A DNA stretch of 35,206 nt from an uncultured Saprospiraceae bacterium (lineage in GTDB: Bacteria; Bacteroidota; Bacteroidia; Chitinophagales; Saprospiraceae): assembly GCA_937867195.1 (NCBI GenBank), contig CALMKY010000130.1:1-35206 (forward strand). Reading direction: 5' to 3'. Positions 25,741 to 35,066 of the stretch are shown one piece after another; position 1 is the first letter of the stretch, and each line of letters starts with the position of its first letter. The notes under the pieces are model-generated. The model had not been told where the DNA came from. It did no database searches and was given only the letters and a program-made list of their open reading frames with translations. The position numbers and the translations under genes are program-made.

Positions 25741-28095
25741 ATGAATAAAAATCTTTTCATTTTAGTTCTGATATCCTATCGCCTTGCTGCCCAGGACATA
25801 CAGTTACCTGCTTCCAAGCTGAATGCTCCTGTCGAAATCATCATCGATACCTGGGGAGTACCTCATATCTATGCAAAGAATGAACACGATCTGTTTTTTG
25901 CACAAGGATTCCAGGCTGCCAAAGATCGATTGTTTCAATTAGAAATGTTTAGACGACAGGCGAATGGTACAATGGCAGAAGTATTGGGAGAGTCTGAAAT
26001 GAACCGTGATCTCGGAGCACGATTATTTAAATTCCGCGGAAATATGGATACGGAAATGGCACATTACCATCCAAGGGGTAAAAGGATCATCACATCGTTT
26101 GTGGAAGGTATCAATGCATACATAGATCTTGTCAGGGCTCGACCAGATTTATTGCCTCTTGAATTAAAGCTTCTAGATATTATGCCACAATATTGGACAC
26201 CTGAAATAGTGATCTCCCGTCACAACGCGTTATTGAGTAATATCACAGAAGAATATGCGATCGCCAAAGATGTAATACAATATGGCGAAGCCTTTGTAAA
26301 AGCTGTCAATCATTTCGAGCCGCACATTCCTGATTTGAAACTCGATCCGTCGATTAATCCAATGTGGATCCAACAAGCAAATCCCCTCAATGTATACAAT
26401 GCATTCCGTAATCCGATCAATTTCAAAAAAGAACAAATAGATTTTACCGATGTACCGGTAGGGGAAAATCTGATGAACTCCGGATACCGCGATGAATCCG
26501 GTTTTATTTCAAAAGAAGGCTCTAATAATTGGGTGATCTCGGGCACCAAAACGTCAAGTAAGTATCCTATCCTTGCGAATGATCCTCATCGTGCCATCAA
26601 AGTACCTTCTTTACGTTACATTGTTCATCTTCAGGCTCCAGGCTGGAATGTCATAGGAGGCGGTGAACCATCCTTACCCGGAGTATCCATCGGTCATAAT
26701 GAATATGGAGCCTGGGGTCTTACTATTTTCAGTACCGATATGGAAGATATGTATTTGTATAAACTCAACCCCCTAAACCTCAACCAATATAATTATAAAG
26801 GTCATTGGATAAGTTTTAGAACGGTCCGTGATTCCATTAAGATTAAAAATCGACCGACTCAGTATGTACTCCATCGTTTCAGTGTTCACGGTCCGGTAAC
26901 TATGATCGACAGCCTTCATCATGTTGCGTATGCGATCAAGTGCGCGTGGCTTCAGACTGGATGTGCTCCTTACCTGGCCTCTCTCAGGATGGATCAAAGT
27001 AAGACCTGGACTGAATTTCGCAATGCCTGCAGTTACAGTTTTCTTCCTGCAGAAAACATGGTATGGGCGGATAAAAAAGGTAATATTGGCTGGCAGGCAG
27101 TAGGAATCGCACCGATCAGAAAAAAACATTCTGGCATGGTGCCGATACCCGGGGATGGCCGCTATGAATGGTCTGGATTTTTGCCTGTATTACAAAGACC
27201 TCATCGATACAATCCAGCGAATGGATTCATAGCGACAGCAAATGAAAATCTTACTTCATCCGATTATCCTTATTTGTCTTCACTTGGCTTTCATTGGACA
27301 GACTCCTATCGTGGAGATCGTATCCGAAGTATACTGTTCAGACACGATTCATTCACCATAGAAGATAATAAGACGTTGCAAAGTGACTGGTACTCAATAC
27401 CCGCCAGCGAAATTATTCCATTATTTAACAAGCAAACTTATCCCGATACCAGTGTAAACAATGCAATTACAATACTCAGAAACTGGGATTATTATTTAAA
27501 TCCCGACTCAAAGGCTGCGCCAATTTATATTGCGTTGGAAGAAACATTGAAAGCAAAAGCCATTAAAACGCTGAGTCATGATGAATCGATTAATCCTTCA
27601 ACCCCCATTTCTACAGTCAGTTTGATAGCCTGGATCAAAGGACTTCATAATAGAGACAGTCTATTGACCGAAGCATTGACCCATAGCATCCATAATCTAG
27701 AAAAAATAATGGGTTCTGATCTGAATACATGGAAATACGGAGCTCCGGAATTCAAACACGTTGCCATCAGCCATCCACTTATGAAGGCAACGGAAAATAA
27801 GTTTCCTGCATTTGAAACCATAGGTCCCGCCGCCAGGGGAGGCGATGATAATACAGTCAATGCTACCGGTGAAACCAAAAATCAAACGGCAGGTGCCTCA
27901 TTTCGCATCATCGTAGATTGTGCCGATTGGGATCTGGCGGTATCGATCAATACACCAGGTCAAAGCGGCATCCCAGGCAACAAACATTATCAGGATCTAT
28001 TTAAACTTTGGACTAAAAATCAGTATTTCCCATTATATTATTCTAAAGATAAAATAATGATGAATGTAGATGAAAAATATAAATTGACCAGATAG
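25741..28095 (+). CDS. Penicillin amidase / acyl-homoserine-lactone acylase family (Ntn hydrolase, peptidase S45), exported
   Basis: Signal peptide from ATG 25741, then 'DTWGVPHIYA', 'FFAQGFQAAKDRLFQLEMFRR' and the autoprocessing nucleophile context 'EGSNNWVISG' (Ser codon 26521..26523). Confidence 0.9.
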   Translation: MNKNLFILVLISYRLAAQDIQLPASKLNAPVEIIIDTWGVPHIYAKNEHDLFFAQGFQAAKDRLFQLEMFRRQANGTMAEVLGESEMNRDLGARLFKFRGNMDTEMAHYHPRGKRIITSFVEGINAYIDLVRARPDLLPLELKLLDIMPQYWTPEIVISRHNALLSNITEEYAIAKDVIQYGEAFVKAVNHFEPHIPDLKLDPSINPMWIQQANPLNVYNAFRNPINFKKEQIDFTDVPVGENLMNSGYRDESGFISKEGSNNWVISGTKTSSKYPILANDPHRAIKVPSLRYIVHLQAPGWNVIGGGEPSLPGVSIGHNEYGAWGLTIFSTDMEDMYLYKLNPLNLNQYNYKGHWISFRTVRDSIKIKNRPTQYVLHRFSVHGPVTMIDSLHHVAYAIKCAWLQTGCAPYLASLRMDQSKTWTEFRNACSYSFLPAENMVWADKKGNIGWQAVGIAPIRKKHSGMVPIPGDGRYEWSGFLPVLQRPHRYNPANGFIATANENLTSSDYPYLSSLGFHWTDSYRGDRIRSILFRHDSFTIEDNKTLQSDWYSIPASEIIPLFNKQTYPDTSVNNAITILRNWDYYLNPDSKAAPIYIALEETLKAKAIKTLSHDESINPSTPISTVSLIAWIKGLHNRDSLLTEALTHSIHNLEKIMGSDLNTWKYGAPEFKHVAISHPLMKATENKFPAFETIGPAARGGDDNTVNATGETKNQTAGASFRIIVDCADWDLAVSINTPGQSGIPGNKHYQDLFKLWTKNQYFPLYYSKDKIMMNVDEKYKLTR

Positions 28096-28113
28096 ATACA
28101 AAAGCTGAAAGCC

Positions 28114-29859
28114 CTAATCATGGTGATCTTTTATTTCATATACATTCAATCGAATTCGTTTTTTATTAAATGGATTTCTCAAACCCACGTTAAACTCTTT
28201 AGAATCCAATAGGTCCACAACATCCTTATGAATCCAATCATGCTGTCCCTGAACCAATACCAAATAGTGCTTTTCGTATTCGGTGTGGATTGTGTCTTTA
28301 ATAATCAGTGGTTTTGAATTTGTGTTGGTATACTCCAATGCATGATAAGGTCGTGGTATCCAGGCGTGAGCGGTCATATCCGTATACACACATGCACGTC
28401 GGTCCAAAATACTGTCCAACCACTGTCCTGCTGCATATCCGTACGAATAATTTGATTTTATACTGTTCTCGAAATAGGGTGATAAAATAGAAGGACCCAA
28501 TCGGAAAGCTCCAAATATCCACAGCGGTATCAATAATAGAAATTGGATTTTAATAATGGAGTCTGCAACCTGTTTTATTTTATTCGAAGTACAAAGATGA
28601 ATGGATGCAGGAAACGTCCAATACACGATCTCCAATAAAAATCTCGAAGTATGCTGACTTGCCATCAGGGAGATACCCAAGAAAAATACAAGAATGCGTG
28701 TAGAGAATGTTTTCCATGAAAAAAATAGGGCACTCAGGACACAGAATACGGGAGCACCCAAAACAGTATCTATATGTCCAAGGCTATCCGGAATAAATAA
28801 ATTGACAGGAAACGCAAACCTGGATTCTTTGTAGTGGGACAAAGAGGTCATGAACGAATTCAATTCTTCCGTTTTGTTAAATAGGAGTGGGGATAAAGGA
28901 TTGTGTACATCGTGATATTTAATTACGGCCAAGGGAGCCAGGAGACAACACAGGATCATGGAATGTATCAGTATCATTTTAACATCCCAATGACTCCTGA
29001 AAAAAATAAAAACTGTCAGTACAAAACCGGAAAGCAAAAAAGAATATTTCAGCTGAATATAAAATGCGAGGCACAAGCTGATCAAAAGCCAATCGGTCCT
29101 CCTGATTACAATATTTTCATTGGATAAAATATGGAAGAGAATGGTGGAGCACGCAATGCCCGTCAATTGATGCTTTTGACCTCCGATTAAAAACAATAAA
29201 ACAGGAATGGATAAGTAAGACATTATTAAGGGTGCGGAATCATTAGGATACAGGGAGGTAATGGCTCGTAGCATACATACCAACCCGATGAATTGAATAA
29301 AAGCACCGTATTGGGAACAACCTAACCGCAGGCCGAATAAATTAAGAATTTCACCAAAACCGATCAGATGATAATGGAAAATATCATATGGAATTTTTAA
29401 TTGATGCCTGGATAACCAATAGGCAGGAGCACCCAAATGATAATTGATAGAATCGGCATCTGTCGGAGTCGATAAAGAAACTAAGAATATACACAATAAC
29501 GTCAGTCCAATGGCCAAGTACAAATAATTTCTTTTATCAAATTGAAATAACAACGCGTTGAGCTCTTTGAAGAGTACATTGCCTTTTTTAATAAGAAAAA
29601 ATCCAGCAGAAATAATTAATGCCAGATGAAGACCGATGAGCAGACTACTTTGAGGAGACAGAAACCTGGCCACCAGCACAGTATAGACGCTGACCACTAA
29701 TAATAAAAAATAAAAATAAAGGGATCTGTAAACCACTTCTTTTCTCTTCCAGACCAAAAGGCCAATATGATCTGCATTGATGGCCAGGGATACTCCACTC
29801 AGTACAGTAAGTAACGGAGCTAATGGCGATGGAATGGTATACTGCTCTAAATTTGTCAA
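28114..29859 (-). CDS. Polytopic membrane protein, possibly a GT-C-like glycosyl/lipid transferase, with a C-terminal soluble domain
   Basis: About 12+ hydrophobic segments and an acidic loop 'TPTDADSINYHLGAPAYW' after the early TM helices. There is no ATG in the first 195 codons, and the ORF starts at TTG 29859. The functional call is weak. Confidence 0.6.
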   Translation of the reverse strand: MTNLEQYTIPSPLAPLLTVLSGVSLAINADHIGLLVWKRKEVVYRSLYFYFLLLVVSVYTVLVARFLSPQSSLLIGLHLALIISAGFFLIKKGNVLFKELNALLFQFDKRNYLYLAIGLTLLCIFLVSLSTPTDADSINYHLGAPAYWLSRHQLKIPYDIFHYHLIGFGEILNLFGLRLGCSQYGAFIQFIGLVCMLRAITSLYPNDSAPLIMSYLSIPVLLFLIGGQKHQLTGIACSTILFHILSNENIVIRRTDWLLISLCLAFYIQLKYSFLLSGFVLTVFIFFRSHWDVKMILIHSMILCCLLAPLAVIKYHDVHNPLSPLLFNKTEELNSFMTSLSHYKESRFAFPVNLFIPDSLGHIDTVLGAPVFCVLSALFFSWKTFSTRILVFFLGISLMASQHTSRFLLEIVYWTFPASIHLCTSNKIKQVADSIIKIQFLLLIPLWIFGAFRLGPSILSPYFENSIKSNYSYGYAAGQWLDSILDRRACVYTDMTAHAWIPRPYHALEYTNTNSKPLIIKDTIHTEYEKHYLVLVQGQHDWIHKDVVDLLDSKEFNVGLRNPFNKKRIRLNVYEIKDHHD

Positions 29860-29978
29860 TTATCCCTTTATCAATAAGTGAATGTAATCAAATTGAAACT
29901 TTCTATTGAGACCCATACGCCCATCCTATGGTCTGATCCCAATTTTTATTACCTTACAGCTTATAAAAGACCTTATTT

Positions 29979-31379
29979 ATGGATATTGACAGAAGAGAAT
30001 TTTTACAACAATCTACGCTTGCTGCGGGAAGTTTAATTCTGCCCAACGGTATGATAAAGAAATCAATGAATGTAAAGAAAAGACTCGCCATGGTGGGTAC
30101 CGGCAGTCGTGGCCCCGGGACATGGGGAAAACCAATCCTGCAAACATATGGAGACCTGGTAGAGTTTGTAGGTTTATGTGACATCAATCCGGGGAGAGTG
30201 GAATATGCAAAAAAATACATAGGCGCAGATTGCAAAACCTATACTGATTTTGATTTGATGCTCAGCGAAACCAAACCCGATACGGTGATCGTTACGACCG
30301 TCGATGCAACTCATCACGAATTTATTATCAAAGCACTCAATGCCGGAGTCGATGTCATTACAGAAAAACCGTTGACTACAGACGAGGTCAAAGTTCAAAA
30401 AATATTGGATGCTGAGAGAAAATCGGGCAAAAAGGTCATTGTAGCTTTTAATTACCGGCACAATCCTCATGCAACGAAACTAAAGGAAATACTGGCGGCC
30501 CATCGGGTCGGAAAAATTACTTCCGTTGATTTCCACTGGTATCTCAATGTATATCATGGAGCAGATTATTTCCGTAGGTGGCATGCTTTTGTCAACCGCA
30601 GCGGGTCGTTGTGGGTGCATAAGGCAACCCATCATTTTGATTTACTCAATTGGTGGATAGACTCTGACCCGGTTGAAGTGATGGCCTATGCACAACTCAA
30701 TCACTATGGAAAAAATAATTCTTTCAGAGGAACCTCTTGTCGCACCTGTGATTACAAAAATACCTGTAAGTTTTATTGGGACATCACCAAGAATCAGGAA
30801 TATGTGAATACCTATGTCAATAACGAAAAGTACGATGGATACATCCGGGATAGTTGTGTTTTCCGTAATGAAATCGATATCTGGGACAAGATGTCGGCGC
30901 AAATTGTGTACGCCAATGGAGTTACCGTAAATTATTCATTGACGACCTATTCACCCTACGAAGGTTGGAAGACATCTTTCAATGGTATGAATGGCCGCAT
31001 CGATACCTGGGAAGATATCCCCTTCCTCGACGAAGCCGTTGATCAGGCAGGACATCACGCTGCTGAAATGAACCAGAATGCAAACGAAAAACCCGATGGC
31101 TTTAATGACATCTTTATTATGGATAATTTCAGCAAGAAAGGTGAACATGTCTATGTGCCTAAATACAACAGTGGTCATGGAGGAGCTGATAGCAGATTGC
31201 ATGAAAAGATATTCCGAAACCCGACAGGAGAAAATCCAAATAAAATAATGGCCGGCACCCGGGATGGTGTCATGTCTTGTATCATCGGAATTGCTGCCCG
31301 CAAAAGTCTTGCCTTGAATAGGCCTATCCGCATAGCCGATTTGATTGATATACCTCCAAGCCCGACAAGAGGTGCTTGA
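29979..31379 (+). CDS. Gfo/Idh/MocA-family NAD(P)-dependent oxidoreductase with a twin-arginine signal
   Basis: Tat motif 'DRREFLQQSTLAAGS', Rossmann 'RLAMVGTGSRG' and 'VITEKPLT' (EKP motif). Confidence 0.9.
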   Translation: MDIDRREFLQQSTLAAGSLILPNGMIKKSMNVKKRLAMVGTGSRGPGTWGKPILQTYGDLVEFVGLCDINPGRVEYAKKYIGADCKTYTDFDLMLSETKPDTVIVTTVDATHHEFIIKALNAGVDVITEKPLTTDEVKVQKILDAERKSGKKVIVAFNYRHNPHATKLKEILAAHRVGKITSVDFHWYLNVYHGADYFRRWHAFVNRSGSLWVHKATHHFDLLNWWIDSDPVEVMAYAQLNHYGKNNSFRGTSCRTCDYKNTCKFYWDITKNQEYVNTYVNNEKYDGYIRDSCVFRNEIDIWDKMSAQIVYANGVTVNYSLTTYSPYEGWKTSFNGMNGRIDTWEDIPFLDEAVDQAGHHAAEMNQNANEKPDGFNDIFIMDNFSKKGEHVYVPKYNSGHGGADSRLHEKIFRNPTGENPNKIMAGTRDGVMSCIIGIAARKSLALNRPIRIADLIDIPPSPTRGA

Positions 31380-31407
31380 TTAAATGCAATCTTTTATCTG
31401 ATAAATC

Positions 31408-31435
31408 AAGGTCAAAACAAATTTGTTTTGACCTT
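31408..31435. repeat. Perfect 28-nt palindrome between convergent genes; candidate bidirectional terminator hairpin or operator
   Basis: AAGGTCAAAACAAATTTGTTTTGACCTT equals its own reverse complement. No flanking U-tract on either strand. Confidence 0.6.
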
Positions 31436-31534
31436 TGTCATAATATAGGGTGGCTTGGGTCTTCAGGAATTTGTTTAGCAAAAACGATTTAACCCTTCTG
31501 GCCGAACCTGCTGAAAAAATATTAATTCATTTAA

Positions 31535-32446
31535 TTACTTCTTCCATCCTAAGATGATCACTCCGCCGATCACCAATCCGGTACCGATTATTTGAAAAAA
31601 ATCAAGGTTTTCTCCTAAAAAGAAATAAGCCAGGAGGATCGTCGATACCGGACCAATTGCAGAAAGGATGGCAGAATGATTGGAACCAATTAATTGGATG
31701 CCTCGAGAAATTAAAAAATTGGGAATTACGGTAGCCACGATAGCCAACAGAATACCGTACATGACCATATGACCCTTTAAATCGCTCAAACCATACTGTC
31801 CCTGCACAACATAATGAATCAATACACCGGCAGTTGCACTCAACATCGCCAGTGAAGTATATCGCAAGACATTGATCTGTTTAAGCAGTCTACCTGTACC
31901 TACCAGGTAACTGGCGTATGTGACCGAACACAAAAAAATCAATCCGCTACCCAGCAGCATGTGTTGCATTTCTTTTGCCTGCCACATTTCATTGTAAAAG
32001 GTAAAACAGATTCCTGCATAACACAAAGACAATGCAGACAATTGCCTTCTTGTAAATGGTTCTTTAAATACATAATGATTTATCAATACCGTAAAGGTGG
32101 GGTATAAAAATAAAATAAGTCTTTCAAGCCCCGCTGTAATATATTTTAGCCCGATGAAATCTAATAAACTGCTTAGATAATAACCTAATAATCCCAATCC
32201 AATAATCGAATACCATTGCTTTGTGGATAAGGGTTTGACTTCTTTATTCTTTGAAGCAACGTATCCGGTGATTAAAAAGAACGGCAAAGAGAAAACCATT
32301 CGAAGAGCTAATAATGAAATTGGATCTACCTGGGTCTCTCTGAATGAAAGTTTGACGATGATTGCTTTAGTAGAAAACATGATCGCACCGATCAAAGTAA
32401 ACAGATAACCTTTGAGATGGGATCTTGATTCCGTCATACACATCAC
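31535..32446 (-). CDS. DMT-superfamily (EamA-like) transporter
   Basis: 303 aa with about 10 TM segments in two EamA-like halves. Confidence 0.82.
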   Translation of the reverse strand: MMCMTESRSHLKGYLFTLIGAIMFSTKAIIVKLSFRETQVDPISLLALRMVFSLPFFLITGYVASKNKEVKPLSTKQWYSIIGLGLLGYYLSSLLDFIGLKYITAGLERLILFLYPTFTVLINHYVFKEPFTRRQLSALSLCYAGICFTFYNEMWQAKEMQHMLLGSGLIFLCSVTYASYLVGTGRLLKQINVLRYTSLAMLSATAGVLIHYVVQGQYGLSDLKGHMVMYGILLAIVATVIPNFLISRGIQLIGSNHSAILSAIGPVSTILLAYFFLGENLDFFQIIGTGLVIGGVIILGWKK

Positions 32447-33057
32447 AATTTTCTGATATAATATTCAATTCTTGCTTACAGTTTTTCACATATCTCCGGT
32501 TTCTATCATCTGTTTGTGATCATGATGAATGATTTATTTTAAAACTGATCTGTCCTTCATCCTGTTGAATATTATTTAATTGTGAATAAGAATGCAATAT
32601 TTCACTTGAAGTTAAACTGAAAATGAAATTGAAATACACATTAATTTAAAATGCTATATGATAATTTCATACTATTTAAAAAAATATATTAGTTCATTAT
32701 TTAACCTATATCTAATTGTAAATGAAATTCTTTACGAATAAATAATAAAAATATATGTAAAATTATGTTAAAGGCAAACAGAGTTTGGCAAAATCTTTGT
32801 TATATTTAAAGTATAGACCAGTGATAATCAAAACTTTATTCGTCTATTTTCACTTATTTAAAGTAATAAGCAAGAAGTAAATGATAATAATTATCAAAGC
32901 ATCGAATGTATGTTTTGATTCATTTATAAAGAAGTAGTTTTCTTATTTTGAGACCTTAGTCTTCTGCCCGGATTTGTAGTTCAAGTCTGGGCTTTTTTAT
33001 TTTATTTAAATTTTTGAATCTAAAATTCCAACGTGGATCATTGCTTATCTTCACATC
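32447..33057. other. 610-bp very AT-rich non-coding block between the divergent EamA transporter and fabG genes
   Basis: No ORF of 60 aa or more. Only short (18 codons or fewer) ATG ORFs are seen on the + strand. Confidence 0.7.
32966..32998 (+). terminator. Orphan rho-independent terminator 59 nt upstream of the fabG start
   Basis: GCCCGGATTTG-TAGTT-CAAGTCTGGGC forms an 11-bp stem (two G.U) followed by TTTTTTATTTT. No annotated + strand gene lies upstream of it. Confidence 0.6.
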
Positions 33058-33795
33058 ATGATTTTAAAAGATAAAGTAGCCCTCATAACCGGAGGAAGTC
33101 GGGGTATTGGCGAATCACTCGTAAGAAAATTTGCATTGGAAGGTGCCAGGGTAGCTTTTACGTATTCATCCTCTGCATCCAAAGCAGACGAGATTGTTGC
33201 CTCCTTGTCACCTGCTCATGTAAAAGCATATCAATCCGATGCTTCTTCGTTTACCCAGGCAGAGACATTAATCAAGCAAGTCATAGCTGATTTTAGTCAA
33301 ATCGATATACTTATCAATAATGCCGGCATCACCAAAGACACGCTCATGTTGCGCATGACCGAAGATCAATGGGACGAAGTCATCCGGGTCAATCTCAAAT
33401 CAGCTTTTAATCTTACCAAGCATGCGCTCAAACCAATGTTATCAGCTAAAAATGGTTCGATCATCAACATGACATCGGTCGTCGGGGTTTTTGGAAATGC
33501 CGGACAAGCTAATTATGCTGCCTCCAAAGCAGGCATGATTGGTTTTACTAAATCCATTGCAAAAGAAGTTGGTAGCAGAAATATTCGTTGTAATGCAATA
33601 GCACCGGGATTTATAGAGACCGATATGACTCATGCATTGGATGATAAAACCAAGGAAGCCTATTTTTCAAATCTCGCCATCAAAAGATTTGGGGCAGCGG
33701 ATGAAGTAGCGGACCTGGCAGTTTTTCTCGGATCCGATTCATCCAAATACATCACCGGGCAAGTGATTAGTATTTGTGGTGGTTTGAATATGTAG
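33058..33795 (+). CDS. fabG: 3-oxoacyl-[acyl-carrier-protein] reductase
   Basis: SDR motifs 'TGGSRGIGES', 'NNAG' and catalytic 'YAASKAG'. The 245-aa length and strong overall resemblance fit FabG. Confidence 0.92.
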   Translation: MILKDKVALITGGSRGIGESLVRKFALEGARVAFTYSSSASKADEIVASLSPAHVKAYQSDASSFTQAETLIKQVIADFSQIDILINNAGITKDTLMLRMTEDQWDEVIRVNLKSAFNLTKHALKPMLSAKNGSIINMTSVVGVFGNAGQANYAASKAGMIGFTKSIAKEVGSRNIRCNAIAPGFIETDMTHALDDKTKEAYFSNLAIKRFGAADEVADLAVFLGSDSSKYITGQVISICGGLNM

Positions 33796-33800
33796 TGAGG

Positions 33801-35066
33801 ATGAAAAAAATTGCAGTTTTATTTTCACTTTTTGCTAGTATAAGTTGTAGCCCCCGTCTTGTTACCCACCTCATCAATCAAAACGAAATAAAGATCCAGC
33901 CTGATCTTGTATCCCGATCGAATCCATCCGGCATCGAGACCTGTTTTGATCCTGCATCCTATGTTCTCGATACATTGCATCGTGACCATACCCCGATGCG
34001 CTACCTAAGGGTCAGTTTTCACTTTGTAAATTCAAAGGACAGCACCCACAATTTTAAAGAAGACAGTGGCAGAGTATTTGCACATCGTTTACTTCATGTC
34101 ATGCAATTATTGTTTGACAGCAATAACAAACTCTGGCTGCCGCTACATAATAAAATTCCTGTCATACCGGTGAACATCCAATATGTATTGACTGGGATAA
34201 AAAAAGCAGACCAGGGTATCTATTTTCATTATGATGATCAACTTTATTCGTACATCCATGTAGGTCCTCGCAGTAATAATGCCAGCCGGGAAGTCATCGA
34301 TCAATATGGATTAGGAACCGATAGCATCATTAATATATTTATCATGCCCCACCATCCGGACAGTGTCAAGTCTAAAACGTACCAGTCGGGATGTGTCGGA
34401 ATAGCCCTTGGTACTTCCTTGAAGATAGCCGGTGTGTATGAAAAAGCCCTCAATGAATGGAATGTACGGGGTACATTTAATCATGAAATAGGTCATATAC
34501 TGGGCCTGGAACATGCCTGGACCTACGATGGCTGTGAAGATACCCCTTTGCATGATAATAAATGCTGGGTACCGGAAATGCCTGGATGCAAAGACAATAC
34601 ATCCAATAATATGATGGATTATAATGCTTGGCAATCTGCGCTATCGCCGTGCCAGACAGGAATCATCCATAAAAATCTATCGGATACCAATTCATCCGTA
34701 AGAAAATTATTAGTACCTACCTGGTGCCAATACGATAAAAATAAAACTGTAAACATCCAAGACAGCATAGTATGGCTTGGCTCAAGGGATATGGAAGGGG
34801 ATATTGAAATATTACCCAATGCAAGTCTTACCGTAAAATGCAGAGTATCCATGCCTAAAGGATCCCGCATCCTCGTACATCCCGGAGGAAAATTAATTCT
34901 GGAAAATGGTTTGATTCATAATGCTTGTGGTTATGACTGGAATAATATACAAGTGTTATCACAAGGCAATAAGACCGGACAAGTGATCAGAATAGTATCT
35001 GTTGATAAAAAAGGTAATGACAGCATAGGTCCTGTGAATAAACTTGAAATGAGAAAGAAACATTAA
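33801..35066 (+). CDS. M43 (pappalysin/cytophagalysin-like) metzincin lipoprotein with a ~130-aa C-terminal extension
   Basis: Lipoprotein signal MKKIAVLFSLFASISC (Cys16). It has the exact metzincin motif HEIGHILGLEH (34482..34514), then 'GCEDTP' and 'NNMMDY' typical of M43. ATG 33801 lies 5 nt after the fabG stop. Confidence 0.8.
   Translation: MKKIAVLFSLFASISCSPRLVTHLINQNEIKIQPDLVSRSNPSGIETCFDPASYVLDTLHRDHTPMRYLRVSFHFVNSKDSTHNFKEDSGRVFAHRLLHVMQLLFDSNNKLWLPLHNKIPVIPVNIQYVLTGIKKADQGIYFHYDDQLYSYIHVGPRSNNASREVIDQYGLGTDSIINIFIMPHHPDSVKSKTYQSGCVGIALGTSLKIAGVYEKALNEWNVRGTFNHEIGHILGLEHAWTYDGCEDTPLHDNKCWVPEMPGCKDNTSNNMMDYNAWQSALSPCQTGIIHKNLSDTNSSVRKLLVPTWCQYDKNKTVNIQDSIVWLGSRDMEGDIEILPNASLTVKCRVSMPKGSRILVHPGGKLILENGLIHNACGYDWNNIQVLSQGNKTGQVIRIVSVDKKGNDSIGPVNKLEMRKKH

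Noticed and set aside
19194-28095. Beta-lactamase plus S45 acylase as a linked 'beta-lactam island'
   Set aside because: The two genes are separated by mnmG, a TonB-dependent receptor gene and a GAF/fRMsr gene. They are on different strands and in different transcription units, with no mobile-element signatures, so co-function is not supported.
32447-33057. The AT-rich block (and proximity of mnmG/gidA at 20124..21989) as a chromosomal replication origin
   Set aside because: I found no cluster of DnaA boxes (TTATCCACA/TGTGGATAA). There are only isolated partial matches, for example near 33043 (cGTGGATcA). No dnaA or dnaN is nearby, and mnmG is 10 kb away.
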